DNA of 64,000 nucleotides from an uncultured Cetobacterium sp. (GCF_947072685.1 NZ_CAMTIK010000009.1:3360-67359); one strand, 5' to 3'. Positions 19,089 through 29,204 are shown, counted from the stretch's first letter. A program made the numbers and translations. Notes: generated by a model not told the origin, from the sequence alone.

Positions 19089-20234
19089 ATGGATTTTACA
19101 TTAACTAAATCGCAAGAACTTTTTAAGCAAATGATCACTACTTTTGCTGAAAATGAAGTGAAACCTCTTGCTGCTGAAATCGATGAAGAGGAGAGATTTC
19201 CTGTAGAAACAGTTGAAAAAATGAGTAAAATTGGTATGATGGGAATCACTATTCCTAAACAATATGGCGGGGCTGGTGGCGATCAAATCATGTACACCAT
19301 GGCTGTTGAAGAACTTTCAAAAGTCTGCGGGACTACAGGGGTTATTCTTTCCGCACATACTTCTTTGGGGGTTGCTCCTATTTTAGAATTTGGAACTGAC
19401 AATCAAAAACAAAAATTTCTTCCTAAAATGGCTTCTGGTGAATGGATTGGAGCTTTTGGATTAACTGAACCAAATGCTGGAACTGATGCTGCCGGACAGC
19501 AGACAACAGCTTGGTTTGATGAAAAAACTGATCAGTGGGTATTAAATGGATCTAAAATATTTATAACTAATGCTGGTTATGCACATGTTTATATTATATT
19601 CGCTATGACGGATAAATCTTTAGGTTTAAAAGGTATCACAGCATTTATTGTTGAATCCGATACACTCGGTTTCTCTGTTGGTAAAAAAGAGAAAAAACTT
19701 GGAATTAAGGGATCGGCTACTTGTGAATTGATATTTGAAGATTGCAGAATCCCAAAAGATAATCTTCTTGGAGCTGTCGGAAGAGGGTTTAAAATAGCGA
19801 TGATGACTCTTGATGGAGGAAGAATTGGTATTGCTGCTCAAGCTTTAGGTATTGCTGGTGGAGCTTTGGATGAGACTATCAAATATGTTTGTGAAAGAAA
19901 ACAGTTTGGAAAACCTCTTTCAAAATTTCAAAACACTCAGTTCCAAATAGCTGATATGTTTGCTAAAGTGGAGGCATCTAAACATCTTGTCTATAAAGCT
20001 GCTTGGAAAAAATCTAGAAAGGAAAATTACTCTTTAGATGCAGCAACTGCAAAGTTATTTGCCGCCGAAGCTGCTATGGACGTCACAACCAAAGCCGTAC
20101 AACTGCATGGTGGATATGGATATACTCGAGAGTATCCTGTTGAGAGAATGATGAGAGATGCTAAAATTACTGAAATCTACGAAGGAACTTCAGAAGTGCA
20201 AAGAATGGTTATTGCGGGATCATTACTAAAGTAA
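19089..20234 (+). CDS. bcd: Butyryl-CoA dehydrogenase (electron-bifurcating with EtfAB)
   Basis: FGLTEPNAGTDA, NGSKIFITN, ERMMRDAKITEIYEGT motifs. Followed by etfB and etfA. Confidence 0.93.
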   Translation: MDFTLTKSQELFKQMITTFAENEVKPLAAEIDEEERFPVETVEKMSKIGMMGITIPKQYGGAGGDQIMYTMAVEELSKVCGTTGVILSAHTSLGVAPILEFGTDNQKQKFLPKMASGEWIGAFGLTEPNAGTDAAGQQTTAWFDEKTDQWVLNGSKIFITNAGYAHVYIIFAMTDKSLGLKGITAFIVESDTLGFSVGKKEKKLGIKGSATCELIFEDCRIPKDNLLGAVGRGFKIAMMTLDGGRIGIAAQALGIAGGALDETIKYVCERKQFGKPLSKFQNTQFQIADMFAKVEASKHLVYKAAWKKSRKENYSLDAATAKLFAAEAAMDVTTKAVQLHGGYGYTREYPVERMMRDAKITEIYEGTSEVQRMVIAGSLLK

Positions 20235-20252
20235 ATTGGGAGGATTAACAAA

Positions 20253-21038
20253 ATGAATATAGTTGTGTGTATAAAACAAGTACCTGATACTACAGAGATT
20301 AGACTAGACCCTGTTAAAGGAACACTTATAAGAGATGGTGTTCCTAGCATAATAAATCCTGATGACAAAGGTGGATTAGAAGAAGCTTTAAAATTAAAAG
20401 ATCAATTTGGAGCTCATATAACAGTAATCACTATGGGACCACCACAAGCTGAAGCTGCTCTTAGAGAAGCTATTGCTATGGGGGTAGACAGAGCAATTCT
20501 TTTAACAGATAGAAAGTTTGCTGGAGCGGATACTCTAGCTACATCGCACGCTCTTTCAGCTGCTCTTTCTGAGTTAGATTATGATTTAATAATTGCAGGA
20601 AGACAAGCCATTGATGGAGATACTGCTCAGGTGGGACCACAGATAGCAGAATTTTTAAACCTTCCTCAAATCACATATGTAAAAGATATCAAATTTGATG
20701 GAACAGATACATTTGAAGTTAAAAGAGTTACAGAGGAAGGATATATGTTACTTCAGGTTGCAACCCCTTGTCTTATGACTATTTTAGCAGAAGCTAACAA
20801 ACCTAGGTATATGAATGTTAAAGATATCGTAGATGCATTTAACAAAGAAGTAGAAGTTTGGGGAGTAGATAGATTATCTGATCTGGATGAAACAAAGCTT
20901 GGTTTAAACGGTTCTCCTACAAAGGTTAAGAAATCATTTACAAAAGGTGTTAAATCTGTTGGACAACTTTATGAAGTTGACCCTCAAGAGGCAGCAAAAA
21001 TTATAGTTGAAAAATTAAAAGAAAAATTTATAATCTAA
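20253..21038 (+). CDS. etfB: Electron transfer flavoprotein beta subunit
   Basis: VCIKQVPD, FAGADT.ATS, GRQAIDGDTAQVGP motifs. Confidence 0.95.
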   Translation: MNIVVCIKQVPDTTEIRLDPVKGTLIRDGVPSIINPDDKGGLEEALKLKDQFGAHITVITMGPPQAEAALREAIAMGVDRAILLTDRKFAGADTLATSHALSAALSELDYDLIIAGRQAIDGDTAQVGPQIAEFLNLPQITYVKDIKFDGTDTFEVKRVTEEGYMLLQVATPCLMTILAEANKPRYMNVKDIVDAFNKEVEVWGVDRLSDLDETKLGLNGSPTKVKKSFTKGVKSVGQLYEVDPQEAAKIIVEKLKEKFII

Positions 21039-21063
21039 TATTTTAAAACAAGAGGAGAATATC

Positions 21064-22071
21064 ATGAACTTAAATGAATATAAAGGGATCCTTGTTTTTG
21101 CTGAGCAAAGAGAGGGAGTACTACAAAACGTTGGATTGGAATTGATTGGAAAAGGAAAAGAACTAGCTCAATCTTTAAACGAAAAGGTAACAGCTGTTCT
21201 TCTAGGATATAATATAGCCCATCTCGCAAAAGATTTAATCGCATATGGTGCTGATGAAGTAGTGGTTGTAGATTCTAAAGAGTTATCCATCTATGACACT
21301 GAAGCTTATACTCAAGCTTTCAGTTCAATTATAAACAATAAAAAACCTGAAATTGTTCTTATTGGAGCAACAACTCTAGGAAGAGATTTAGGTCCTAGAA
21401 TATCTTCGAGATGTGAAACTGGACTTACAGCTGACTGTACAATGCTAGAAATAGGAGAAAACAAAGAGTTATTGATGACAAGACCCGCTTTTGGTGGAAA
21501 TTTAATGGCTACTATTATATGCCCTGATCATAGACCTCAGATGTCAACAGTTAGACCTGGAGTTATGACAAGATTAACAAAAGATGAAAAAAAACAAGGG
21601 AATATTATTGACTTTAAAATAAATTTTGATCACTCAAAAATGAAAGTTAAGGTTTTAAATATCATAAAAGAAGCTAAAGCTAAAGTGGATATAACAGAAG
21701 CTAAAATTCTTGTTTCTGGAGGAAGAGGTGTTGGAGCTCAATCAGGCTTTGATAATTTAGAGCTTTTAGCTAATGAATTAGGTGGTGTTGCTTCTGCATC
21801 AAGAGCTCTTGTTGATGCCGGAGTGGTTAATCATGACAGACAAGTTGGACAAACAGGAAAAACTGTTAGACCAGATGTTTACTTTGCGTTTGGAATCTCT
21901 GGGGCTATCCAACATTTAGCTGGTATGGAAGAATCCGAATACATCATCGCCATTAACAAAGATAAATCAGCTCCTATTTTTGGCTCTTCTGATTTAGGTC
22001 TGGTAACCGATTTAGGAAAAACTATTCCTTACTTAATTGAAGAGATTAGAAAAGCTAAAGCTGAAAAATAA
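21064..22071 (+). CDS. etfA: Electron transfer flavoprotein alpha subunit
   Basis: GLTADCT, RPAFGGN, QVGQTGKTV, GISGAIQH motifs. Confidence 0.95.
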   Translation: MNLNEYKGILVFAEQREGVLQNVGLELIGKGKELAQSLNEKVTAVLLGYNIAHLAKDLIAYGADEVVVVDSKELSIYDTEAYTQAFSSIINNKKPEIVLIGATTLGRDLGPRISSRCETGLTADCTMLEIGENKELLMTRPAFGGNLMATIICPDHRPQMSTVRPGVMTRLTKDEKKQGNIIDFKINFDHSKMKVKVLNIIKEAKAKVDITEAKILVSGGRGVGAQSGFDNLELLANELGGVASASRALVDAGVVNHDRQVGQTGKTVRPDVYFAFGISGAIQHLAGMEESEYIIAINKDKSAPIFGSSDLGLVTDLGKTIPYLIEEIRKAKAEK

Positions 22072-22078
22072 TATTTTC

Positions 22079-22113
22079 AAAAAAAACAAAGGATACACCT
22101 CCTTTGTTTTTTT
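22079..22113 (+). terminator. Terminator between etfA and atoE
   Basis: AAAAAAAACAAAGGA-TACACC-TCCTTTGTTTTTTT. Confidence 0.7.
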
Positions 22114-22137
22114 AAATAAATTTTGGGGGTTATTCAA

Positions 22138-23526
22138 TTGAAAAATTCAAATCTAAATAAACATAAATCTTTAAATCTATTTGAAAAATTTACACAACTT
22201 TGCGTTACTCTTATGCAAAAATATCTTCCAGATGCGTTTTTATTCGCTGCGGTTCTTACATTTATAGTTTTTATTGCAACTACATTCATGACTAAACAGA
22301 CACCATTTGCCGTAGCTATGCACTGGGGAAATGGTGTTTGGTCTCTTCTTTCTTTCTCTATGCAAATGGTTATGGTTTTAGTTACAGGTCACACACTAGC
22401 AACTGCACCATTTTTCAAAAAAATTTTAAATCGACTTTCTGATTTGCCTAAATCACCTATCCAAGCCATTATGTATGTTACTTTTGTATCAGGAGTTGCC
22501 TGTATTTTAAACTGGGGATTTGGTTTAGTTATTGGAGCTATCTACGCAAAAGAGATTGCTAAAAAAGTGCAAGGTGTTGATTATCGACTTCTCATCGCTT
22601 CTGCATATTCTGGATTTTTATTATGGCACGGTGGAATTTCGGGCTCAATTCCTTTGACACTGGCTTCTGGAAATCTTTCTAAAGCCACTGCTGGAGCTTT
22701 AAACGATGGAATATCTACAACACAAACTATTTTTTCATCGTACAACTTAATTATTTTATTTACACTTTTATTCACACTTCCTCTATTAAATGCTGCAATG
22801 CACCCTAAAAATAAAGAGGATATATTTCAAGTTGATCCCGCTCTTCTTGAAGACGAAGTAAAACCAATTGTTTTAGATAGAGCTAAAATGACACCCGCAG
22901 ATAAAATTGAAAATAGTCCTATTGTTAATATTGCTATTGGAATTTTAGGATATACATATATTATAGGATATTTTTTCAAGAATGGTTTCGACCTAAACCT
23001 TAACATCGTTAATATGATATTTTTAATTACTGCAATTCTTGCTCACAAAACTCCAAAAAATCTTTTGCTAGCTTTTAGTAGTGCCTGTAAAGGAGCTTCT
23101 GGTATTATACTTCAATTCCCATTTTATGCTGGTATCATGGGAATGATGATCGGTAAAAATATTGATGGTTCTTCTCTTGCTGGGATTATTTCTCAAAGTT
23201 TTATCAGTTCCTCAACCACACTTTCTTTTCCAAGTTTAACTTTCTTAAGTGCTGGAATTGTGAATTTTTTTGTTCCTTCAGGTGGAGGACAATGGGCAGT
23301 TCAAGCTCCCATAATGATGCCCGCTAGTTTAGAGTTGGGAGTTTCTGCTGCTAAAACAGGTATGGCTATTGCTTGGGGAGATGCTTGGACAAACATGATT
23401 CAACCCTTCTGGGCTTTACCTGCTCTTGGAATAGCAAAACTTGGGGCTAAAGATATTATGGGGTATGGAGTTATTATAACTATTTATTCTGGTATAATTA
23501 TAACTCTAGGATTAACTTTTCTTTAA
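22138..23526 (+). CDS. atoE: Short-chain fatty acid transporter
   Basis: LPDAF, FSMQM, NFFVPSGGGQWAVQAP, WGDAWTNMIQPFWALP motifs. TTG 22138 follows a GGGGG SD (ORF track starts at 22123). Confidence 0.88.
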   Translation: MKNSNLNKHKSLNLFEKFTQLCVTLMQKYLPDAFLFAAVLTFIVFIATTFMTKQTPFAVAMHWGNGVWSLLSFSMQMVMVLVTGHTLATAPFFKKILNRLSDLPKSPIQAIMYVTFVSGVACILNWGFGLVIGAIYAKEIAKKVQGVDYRLLIASAYSGFLLWHGGISGSIPLTLASGNLSKATAGALNDGISTTQTIFSSYNLIILFTLLFTLPLLNAAMHPKNKEDIFQVDPALLEDEVKPIVLDRAKMTPADKIENSPIVNIAIGILGYTYIIGYFFKNGFDLNLNIVNMIFLITAILAHKTPKNLLLAFSSACKGASGIILQFPFYAGIMGMMIGKNIDGSSLAGIISQSFISSSTTLSFPSLTFLSAGIVNFFVPSGGGQWAVQAPIMMPASLELGVSAAKTGMAIAWGDAWTNMIQPFWALPALGIAKLGAKDIMGYGVIITIYSGIIITLGLTFL

Positions 23527-23579
23527 TATATAAAAGAAGCATTCAATTTTGGAGAGTTAATCCAAATTGAATGCTTCTT

Positions 23580-24911
23580 TTAATTTTTCTTTCTATAAAC
23601 AACTAACCCTGTCAATGTTAGAATTACTGATATAGCCATATATGGTGGATTCGATATTGCAGCATATACAAATATTGATACTCCTCCTAACAATGCTAAT
23701 ATCGGTACTATTGGATAAAATGGAACAATGTATGGTCTCTCTAAATTCGGTTCTCTTTTTCTTAAAATAAACAATCCTAAAAAAACTAAACAATAGAATA
23801 ACCAAAATAATGCCACAGGTATATCTCCAAAAACATCTGGATTTCCCGTTAATATCATCGCTATTAAATATATTGTAGATAAAGCATACATAACTATTGA
23901 AGAGTTAATTGGCTGTTTATGCTTTTCATCTATTTTTCCCAAAAATTCTTTTTTAGGTATATTTCCTTCTATTGCTAAAGTATATGGTATTCTTGTAGAT
24001 GCTAAAATCATTCCATTTAGACCTCCAAATGCTGAAATCATTATTCCTAAAAATATGAACTTTGCTCCCAGTGGTCCAAATAATTTTGTAGCTACTCCAA
24101 GCATTCCAACTTTTACAAGCTCATCTGCTGTGAATACATTTAAAAGTGCAACATTTAAGAAAACGTAGAATATAGCAATGAATCCTAAACCTAAGATTAT
24201 AGCTTTCGGTAGATCTTTTTTTACATTTTTCAAATCTCCTGCGATTGTTCCAACATATATCCACCCATCAAAAGCAAACATCACTGGTACTAAAGATAGT
24301 CCTAGTAAAATTAGAGGTGACTGTGAAGTCACTGTTTTAGTTGCCTCTGCCATGTAAAAAACACCCTCTGTATTATTTGTTGATAAAAATCCAAATACTG
24401 TTATTAGTAGCAACGGTATAATTTTAGCGGCTGTCGCAAATGTTTGAATTTTTCCGCCAACACTTTTTGTAAAAATATTGATTCCATACAGAAAACTAAT
24501 AGCTAAAAATGCTGTTATTCCTAAAAATTTAGTATTAGTTGGGTCTACATTTAAAAAATTCCCTGTAAATACTGCAAAGTAGTATGCTATTAACCCTATT
24601 AAAGCTGGAAAATATATAATAAGTTGAGCCCATCCAACTAAAAATGCTATTCTTTCTCCATATATTCTTTTTATCCATGCAATCATTCCTCCAGTTTCAG
24701 GAATTGCTGCTCCTACTTCTGCTGCTGTAAGACCTGAAAGAATTGATATTACTCCTCCTAAAACCCATGCGGCAATCGCAATTTTAGGATTCATATTTGC
24801 TGCAATTAAAATTTGATTAGCTTTAAAAAATATTCCAATCCCTATAACAATTCCAACAACCATGGAGAATGCTACTGAGAATCCATATCTCTTTTCTAAA
24901 TTTTGGTTCAT
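23580..24911 (-). CDS. APC-family amino acid permease (LAT/SteT-like)
   Basis: GIVIGIGIF, AEVGAAIP.TGG, FAFDGW, RPY.VP.YP motifs; about 12 TM helices. Confidence 0.88.
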   Translation of the reverse strand: MNQNLEKRYGFSVAFSMVVGIVIGIGIFFKANQILIAANMNPKIAIAAWVLGGVISILSGLTAAEVGAAIPETGGMIAWIKRIYGERIAFLVGWAQLIIYFPALIGLIAYYFAVFTGNFLNVDPTNTKFLGITAFLAISFLYGINIFTKSVGGKIQTFATAAKIIPLLLITVFGFLSTNNTEGVFYMAEATKTVTSQSPLILLGLSLVPVMFAFDGWIYVGTIAGDLKNVKKDLPKAIILGLGFIAIFYVFLNVALLNVFTADELVKVGMLGVATKLFGPLGAKFIFLGIMISAFGGLNGMILASTRIPYTLAIEGNIPKKEFLGKIDEKHKQPINSSIVMYALSTIYLIAMILTGNPDVFGDIPVALFWLFYCLVFLGLFILRKREPNLERPYIVPFYPIVPILALLGGVSIFVYAAISNPPYMAISVILTLTGLVVYRKKN

Positions 24912-24981
24912 AAATTCACTCCTTTTAAGCTGTTCTATTTTTTAGTATCTTATTCCCATTTTAAAGAACTTTTGATTTGTT

Positions 24982-25010
24982 ATTTTAACATACTTTAATT
25001 GACAACTCAA
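24982..25010 (-). promoter_or_regulatory. Promoter of the APC permease
   Basis: TTGAGT-17-TAAAAT with extended TGn. Confidence 0.6.
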
Positions 25011-25026
25011 GTTTTTTATTTATTTC

Positions 25027-25055
25027 TTGATTAAATAATTAAAGTGGTATATAAT
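25027..25055 (+). promoter_or_regulatory. Promoter of the small ORF
   Basis: TTGATT-17-TATAAT. Confidence 0.7.
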
Positions 25056-25087
25056 TGATTTTGTAAATAAAGGGGTGACAAAAGAAA

Positions 25088-25222
25088 ATGTTAGAAAGAA
25101 AAAATAGCAACAATATGATAGTGGATTATTCAGCTAAGTTTTACTTATTCCCATTACTTTTTGTAGGTCTTTTTTTAAGAACAATTGATCAATTATTTTT
25201 AAGATTAAAATATCAAAGATAA
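25088..25222 (+). CDS. Unannotated 44-aa small hydrophobic protein (MLERKNSNNMIVDYSAKFYLFPLLFVGLFLRTIDQLFLRLKYQR)
   Basis: Consensus promoter, AGGGGTG SD (as used for yedF), ATG...TAA, immediately followed by a terminator hairpin. Below the length cut-off of the ORF track. Confidence 0.6.
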   Translation: MLERKNSNNMIVDYSAKFYLFPLLFVGLFLRTIDQLFLRLKYQR

Positions 25223-25247
25223 AAAGAGAGCTACCGCTCTCTTTTTT
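25221..25247. terminator. Bidirectional terminator between the small ORF and the RpiR gene
   Basis: AAAAAAGAGAG-CTACCG-CTCTCTTTTTTT. Confidence 0.8.
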
Positions 25248-26092
25248 TATTTTTGGTATATATTAAATCTATCTGTTATCTTTTTTAATTTATCCAGTTT
25301 TTCTATACTTTCATCTTTATTCTCTCTTCCAAATTTTAGAAGTAAAGCGTTCAAGATTACAATTCCTGGAACAAATGTATAGGCTTTTCCACCATTTTTA
25401 GTAGTGATTACTAAATCAGACATATTCCCCAATATAGAGTCCTTCTTATCAGTCATAGTTATAATTTTATTCCCTTGTTCTTTAAAAAACTCTGTAACCT
25501 GACATGTAAAGTTTGTATATGGATGAAATGATATTGTAAACAACAAATCATCTGGTTTAGAATACAGAAGTCTATCCGTAAAATCCGAAGCTCCTGAAAT
25601 CATCAACTCTACATCTTCTCTTAACTCTTTTAGCATGAAATATAGATAATATGCCAATGCATACGATCCTCTTGCACCTAGTATATATAATTTTCTGCTC
25701 TCTTTTATCATTTCCATAGCTTTTTCCAATTGAGCTTCGATCGATGTTATATCCATCTCTTCCAAAAGTTCAACATTTGTATTTATAATTTCCAAAAGTA
25801 TTCCTTTTTCAACAGAAGAGTCAATCTCTTGTCTAAATTCTTTCATCTGTGAAGTTGATATTTCAACATCTTTTTGAAAAACTCTTTGAAAATCTGGATA
25901 ACCCTTAAATCCCAAGCTTTTTGAAAATCTTGTTATCGTAGCAGGGCTTGTTCCCGTTTCTTTTGCAAGTTCATTTATAGAGATAAATGAAACTATACTT
26001 TGGTTATGTTTTATAAAGTCTACAATTTTTTTAAAACTTTTACTATACGTTGAATAATTTTTCTCTAAATCAGCTAATACCGCCTTTTTCAT
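25247..26092 (-). CDS. MurR/RpiR-family transcriptional regulator (HTH + SIS)
   Basis: SINELAKETGTSPATITRFSKSLGFKGYPDF HTH; SIS domain with ILGARGS. Confidence 0.92.
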   Translation of the reverse strand: MKKAVLADLEKNYSTYSKSFKKIVDFIKHNQSIVSFISINELAKETGTSPATITRFSKSLGFKGYPDFQRVFQKDVEISTSQMKEFRQEIDSSVEKGILLEIINTNVELLEEMDITSIEAQLEKAMEMIKESRKLYILGARGSYALAYYLYFMLKELREDVELMISGASDFTDRLLYSKPDDLLFTISFHPYTNFTCQVTEFFKEQGNKIITMTDKKDSILGNMSDLVITTKNGGKAYTFVPGIVILNALLLKFGRENKDESIEKLDKLKKITDRFNIYQK

Positions 26093-26101
26093 TTCACACC
26101 T

Positions 26102-28453
26102 CTATATATTTGGATTTAGTACAAATTCCGCTAAATCATTTACAAAATTCATTGTTTTTTCATTTTTATCATTTACTGGATTATACTCCACAATATCAAC
26201 TGATGTGATAGAGTAGTTCTTAAATAAGAATCTAAATGTTTTAAACATCTCTTCAGGTGTAAATCCATTTCTTACTGGTGTACTTACTCCTGGAGCAAAC
26301 TCTGGATCTACAGAATCTACGTCAAAACTTATATGTATATTATCTATTTTCAAGTAATCTTTTATTTCATCTAAAACATTTTCTAGACCTTTATGAACAA
26401 CCTCATCATAAGGAATTACTTTTACACCTAACTCCTCAATAACTTCTCTTTCCTTTACATCTAGATCTCTAGCACCTAAAATCACAACATTTTTGCTGTC
26501 TATCTTAGCCCCTTCATAGAAACAATTTACTAAATCTCTATCTCCAGCACCCTGTAAAAGAGCCAACGGCATCCCGTGGATATTTCCTGACATTGTAGAC
26601 TCATCAGTATTCATATCACCATGAGCATCAATCCATACAACTCCTACTTCTTTCTCTAATGCAACACCAGAAATTGAACCTAAAGCTATTGAATGGTCTC
26701 CTCCGATTGTTATTGGTCTATATCCATCTCTTACAGCTTCATTAACTGCAGATGCTAATTTTTCACACGTATGAAGGATTGTATTCTTATATTTTAATGT
26801 CCATTCATTGAAATTTTCTCTTTGCTTTTCTACATCTATATATGTCATTTCACCGAATGTATCTGGGAAGTATTCTTCTAAAACTTCTGGACCAAATTCA
26901 ATACCTGCTTTATTTGCTCCTAAATTCATTGGAACAGCAAACATCTTATTTTTCATTTTTTCTGTATATAGATATACTGCATCCTCTTCATCTATTACTC
27001 TGATATATTTTAATTCTGGATCTTCCATCCCTTGAACATGTAATTTAGCAGTCTTTAAATTTTGAACATAGCTTATTATCTCTTTGGTTATTCTCTCTCC
27101 TGGAGTTATAACTGGAATTCCAGGTGGATATGCCATTATCATCTCTGCACAAATTTTGTTTTCACTTTCTAAGAATTCAACTCTATTATTTTCACTATAG
27201 AAAGCTTCTCTTGGTATTAGAACTGCTTCAGGTATAGTTGGCATTTTTCCAACTGATTCCCCTATTTTTTTCCCTTTTCCAAAGAATCTTTTACTGATAT
27301 CCTTCAATGCCTCTAATAGCTTTCCAGTGCTTACCTCGTCATCTCCTAACGTCACTAGTCCTAAAACATTATAAAAATCAGAAAGTTCCATTTGAATATT
27401 ATAATCATCTACCAGAAGTGTTTCCAATTCAAATCCTGTCAATCCTAAATCTCTTGCTGAAATAGAAAGTTTTGTTTCATCAAAATCATGAATGCCATAT
27501 CTTCCAACTATCTCTTTTCCAAAAGAAAAAATTCCAGGTATCTTATTTACCTCTGCCCTTAAATCTCTCGACAATTTTAATGTTTTTGTTAATAACTCTC
27601 TTCCTTCAGTAGCTATTTGTCTTCTTGCACAATCCAATGATGCCATCAAAGGATAAGATGGTGATGTTGTATGTAACAAACTTAAAATTTGTTGAATTCT
27701 ATTTATATCAACTCTTGTAGAATTCACATGTAACATTGACATTTGAGTCATTGCCCCAATTATCTTATGTGTACTTTGACAACAGATATCTGCACCTGCA
27801 TCTATAGCAGAAATTGGTAATTCTTCATGGAAGTGTAAGTGAGCTCCATGAGCTTCATCAACTATTAAAGGAATATCATAGCTATGAACTATATCCGCAA
27901 TTTTTTTAATATCTGTTGCTGCTCCGTAGTATGTTGGATTTATAATTAAAACTGCCTTCGTATCTGGATGCTGTTTTAACATGCTTTCAACAACCTCTGG
28001 TCTAATTCCATGAGCTATTCCTAATTCATCGTCAACTTCAGGATTCATATATACTGGTAATGATCCACTTAAAATAATCCCACCAGAAACTGATTTGTGT
28101 ACATTTCTCGGGACTAATATTTTCTCTCCTGGTTTTACAACAGACATAATCATAGCTTGAATTGCTCCTGATGTTCCGTTGACAGCAAAGAATGTCTTTT
28201 TTACTCCATATGCGTCAGCTGCTAACTCTTGTGCTTCCTTTATACAGCTTTTAGGATTGTGTAATCCATCAACCATTTTAAAAATAGTTACATCAATTGA
28301 GAAGGGATTTGGTCCCATAAACTCGTAAAACTCTTTATCCATCCCCTTTCCTCTCTTATGTCCTGGAACATGAAAAGGCGTTATATCTCTTTTAGCATAT
28401 ACGTCCTTCAGTGTTGAGAATATAGGTGTTTGATATTGATTTAATTTAGTCAT
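26102..28453 (-). CDS. Bifunctional ornithine decarboxylase/arginase fusion (ODA)
   Basis: N-terminal fold-type I basic-amino-acid decarboxylase (FHVPGHK, VDEAHG, QSTHK, YPPG.P). C-terminal ureohydrolase (GGDHS, DAHGD, HGMP, SFDVD, PGVSTP). Confidence 0.88.
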   Translation of the reverse strand: MTKLNQYQTPIFSTLKDVYAKRDITPFHVPGHKRGKGMDKEFYEFMGPNPFSIDVTIFKMVDGLHNPKSCIKEAQELAADAYGVKKTFFAVNGTSGAIQAMIMSVVKPGEKILVPRNVHKSVSGGIILSGSLPVYMNPEVDDELGIAHGIRPEVVESMLKQHPDTKAVLIINPTYYGAATDIKKIADIVHSYDIPLIVDEAHGAHLHFHEELPISAIDAGADICCQSTHKIIGAMTQMSMLHVNSTRVDINRIQQILSLLHTTSPSYPLMASLDCARRQIATEGRELLTKTLKLSRDLRAEVNKIPGIFSFGKEIVGRYGIHDFDETKLSISARDLGLTGFELETLLVDDYNIQMELSDFYNVLGLVTLGDDEVSTGKLLEALKDISKRFFGKGKKIGESVGKMPTIPEAVLIPREAFYSENNRVEFLESENKICAEMIMAYPPGIPVITPGERITKEIISYVQNLKTAKLHVQGMEDPELKYIRVIDEEDAVYLYTEKMKNKMFAVPMNLGANKAGIEFGPEVLEEYFPDTFGEMTYIDVEKQRENFNEWTLKYKNTILHTCEKLASAVNEAVRDGYRPITIGGDHSIALGSISGVALEKEVGVVWIDAHGDMNTDESTMSGNIHGMPLALLQGAGDRDLVNCFYEGAKIDSKNVVILGARDLDVKEREVIEELGVKVIPYDEVVHKGLENVLDEIKDYLKIDNIHISFDVDSVDPEFAPGVSTPVRNGFTPEEMFKTFRFLFKNYSITSVDIVEYNPVNDKNEKTMNFVNDLAEFVLNPNI

Positions 28454-28610
28454 CTTACCTCCTTATTTGGTAAATTTTGTTCTTAAAAATGATATGAAAA
28501 AGTTATAAAATAATATATAATCTACATTATTAATTTCTTTTAAAATACGAGATATTGTAGAGCTTTTTAGAAATTAAGTCAACTATTTTTTGAAAGGAAA
28601 ACCACAAAAC

Positions 28611-29204
28611 ATGAAAAAAATTTTAATTTTTGTTTCAAATGGCTTCGAAACCCTTGAGTTATCACCATTTATCGACATCTTCGGTTGGAATAATATTGTT
28701 GGAAATAAAAAAATATTTTCAAAAATATGTGCTATTCACGACCAGCTAAATGCAACGTGGAATTTAACAATCATTCCTGAAGTAAACTTAAAAAAAGAAT
28801 CTATAACTCTTGAGGAGTATGATGCTTTAGTTATTCCAGGCGGATTTGGAAAAGCTGGTTTTTTTAATGATATTCAATCTTCCGAGTTAAAATCCTTGTT
28901 AACTCATTTTATTTCTTCAAATAAAATCATTATTGGAATTTGTACAGGTTCTCTAGCCATAGCAATTAATGGTTTTTTAGAAAATATTCCCGCTACTACT
29001 TATCTTTTGGATAATGATAGATATTTTAGCCAACTTAAGAATTATGGTGCTGTTCCTATTAGAGAAGATATTGTAATTTCAAACAACATTATCACTTCTT
29101 CTGGACCGAGTACCTCTATAGATTTAGCTTTTTACCTATTAAAGTTGCTAACAGACGATGAAAATGTTCTTTTAGTAAAAAAAAATATGGGATTTTTAAA
29201 ATAA
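28611..29204 (+). CDS. DJ-1/PfpI family protein
   Basis: GFETLE, LVIPGGFG, nucleophile ICTGS, ITSSGP. Start placed at ATG 28611. Confidence 0.88.
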   Translation: MKKILIFVSNGFETLELSPFIDIFGWNNIVGNKKIFSKICAIHDQLNATWNLTIIPEVNLKKESITLEEYDALVIPGGFGKAGFFNDIQSSELKSLLTHFISSNKIIIGICTGSLAIAINGFLENIPATTYLLDNDRYFSQLKNYGAVPIREDIVISNNIITSSGPSTSIDLAFYLLKLLTDDENVLLVKKNMGFLK

